This document shows, piece after piece, positions 63,721 to 64,000 of a stretch of 64,000 nt of DNA. Each line of letters opens with the position of its first letter. The stretch's first letter is position 1. Both the position numbers and the translations under genes were made by a program. This DNA is from Callorhinchus milii. Lineage: Eukaryota. The stretch covers positions 81,346,001 through 81,410,000 of the forward strand of contig NW_024704743.1 of NCBI RefSeq assembly GCF_018977255.1, read 5' to 3'. Under the pieces are notes generated by a model that had not been told where the DNA came from, did no database searches, and saw only the letters and a list, made by a program, of their open reading frames with translations.

Positions 63721-64000
63721 CCCATATATAATCCATTCGACACTTGACCTGGTATCTTTGATGACACCACTGGATGCAAAAAGGGGAAAAGTGCTCCACT
63801 TCGTAAAACAGAATCCCAACAAAATAAATTGAGGCTGTACCAATTAGTTCCTTGAAACATGACTGGATAAATTTCTGGTTGGGAATGGTCTTGGCAGGAA
63901 TTTCAATAAGGTGCAGATTAGAATCAACAAATACACCAAGAGTCAAAATGTTACTGGGCACTGAGGGAATGGGCTAATGTGGCTGTGGGGGACAGCAGGC

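Noticed and set aside
58978..64000. Next upstream MRPL13 exon (AIYGMLPKNL...)
   Set aside because: Not found by eye on the minus strand; probably beyond the window.

Overview
This is vertebrate genomic DNA: AT-rich, CpG-poor, with GT-AG introns. The repeat content suggests a cartilaginous fish, possibly a chimaera; that is inference from remembered repeat families and was not verified. The + strand carries the 3' end of a FACIT collagen, COL14A1. Nine internal exons (410-22918) encode the end of COL2, NC2 (VRSIARQVCEQLIQSHMARY), COL1 and GYCDPSSC, and alternative NC1 terminal exons follow at 24075 and 25148/25304. On the - strand, convergent with it, are the last two coding exons of MRPL13 (58856-58977 and 34760-34784), separated by a 24 kb intron. 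This matches the COL14A1-MRPL13 arrangement known in tetrapods. The remainder is intronic or intergenic DNA rich in tRNA-derived SINEs, L2 and CR1 LINE fragments, a palindromic Penelope-like element and local duplications. Most ORFs in the track are decayed LINE pieces or noise. I found no prokaryote-type system (no CRISPR, operon or phage). The most notable observations are an extra 54-bp collagen exon behind a 65-nt intron (candidate mutually exclusive pair), three predicted NC1 tails with distant-branch-point acceptors, a 34-bp ETS-CRE minisatellite, palindromic insertions with TSDs and a hammerhead remnant, and several short-range templated duplications. Repeat boundaries are approximate, and comparisons to human and chicken proteins are from memory.
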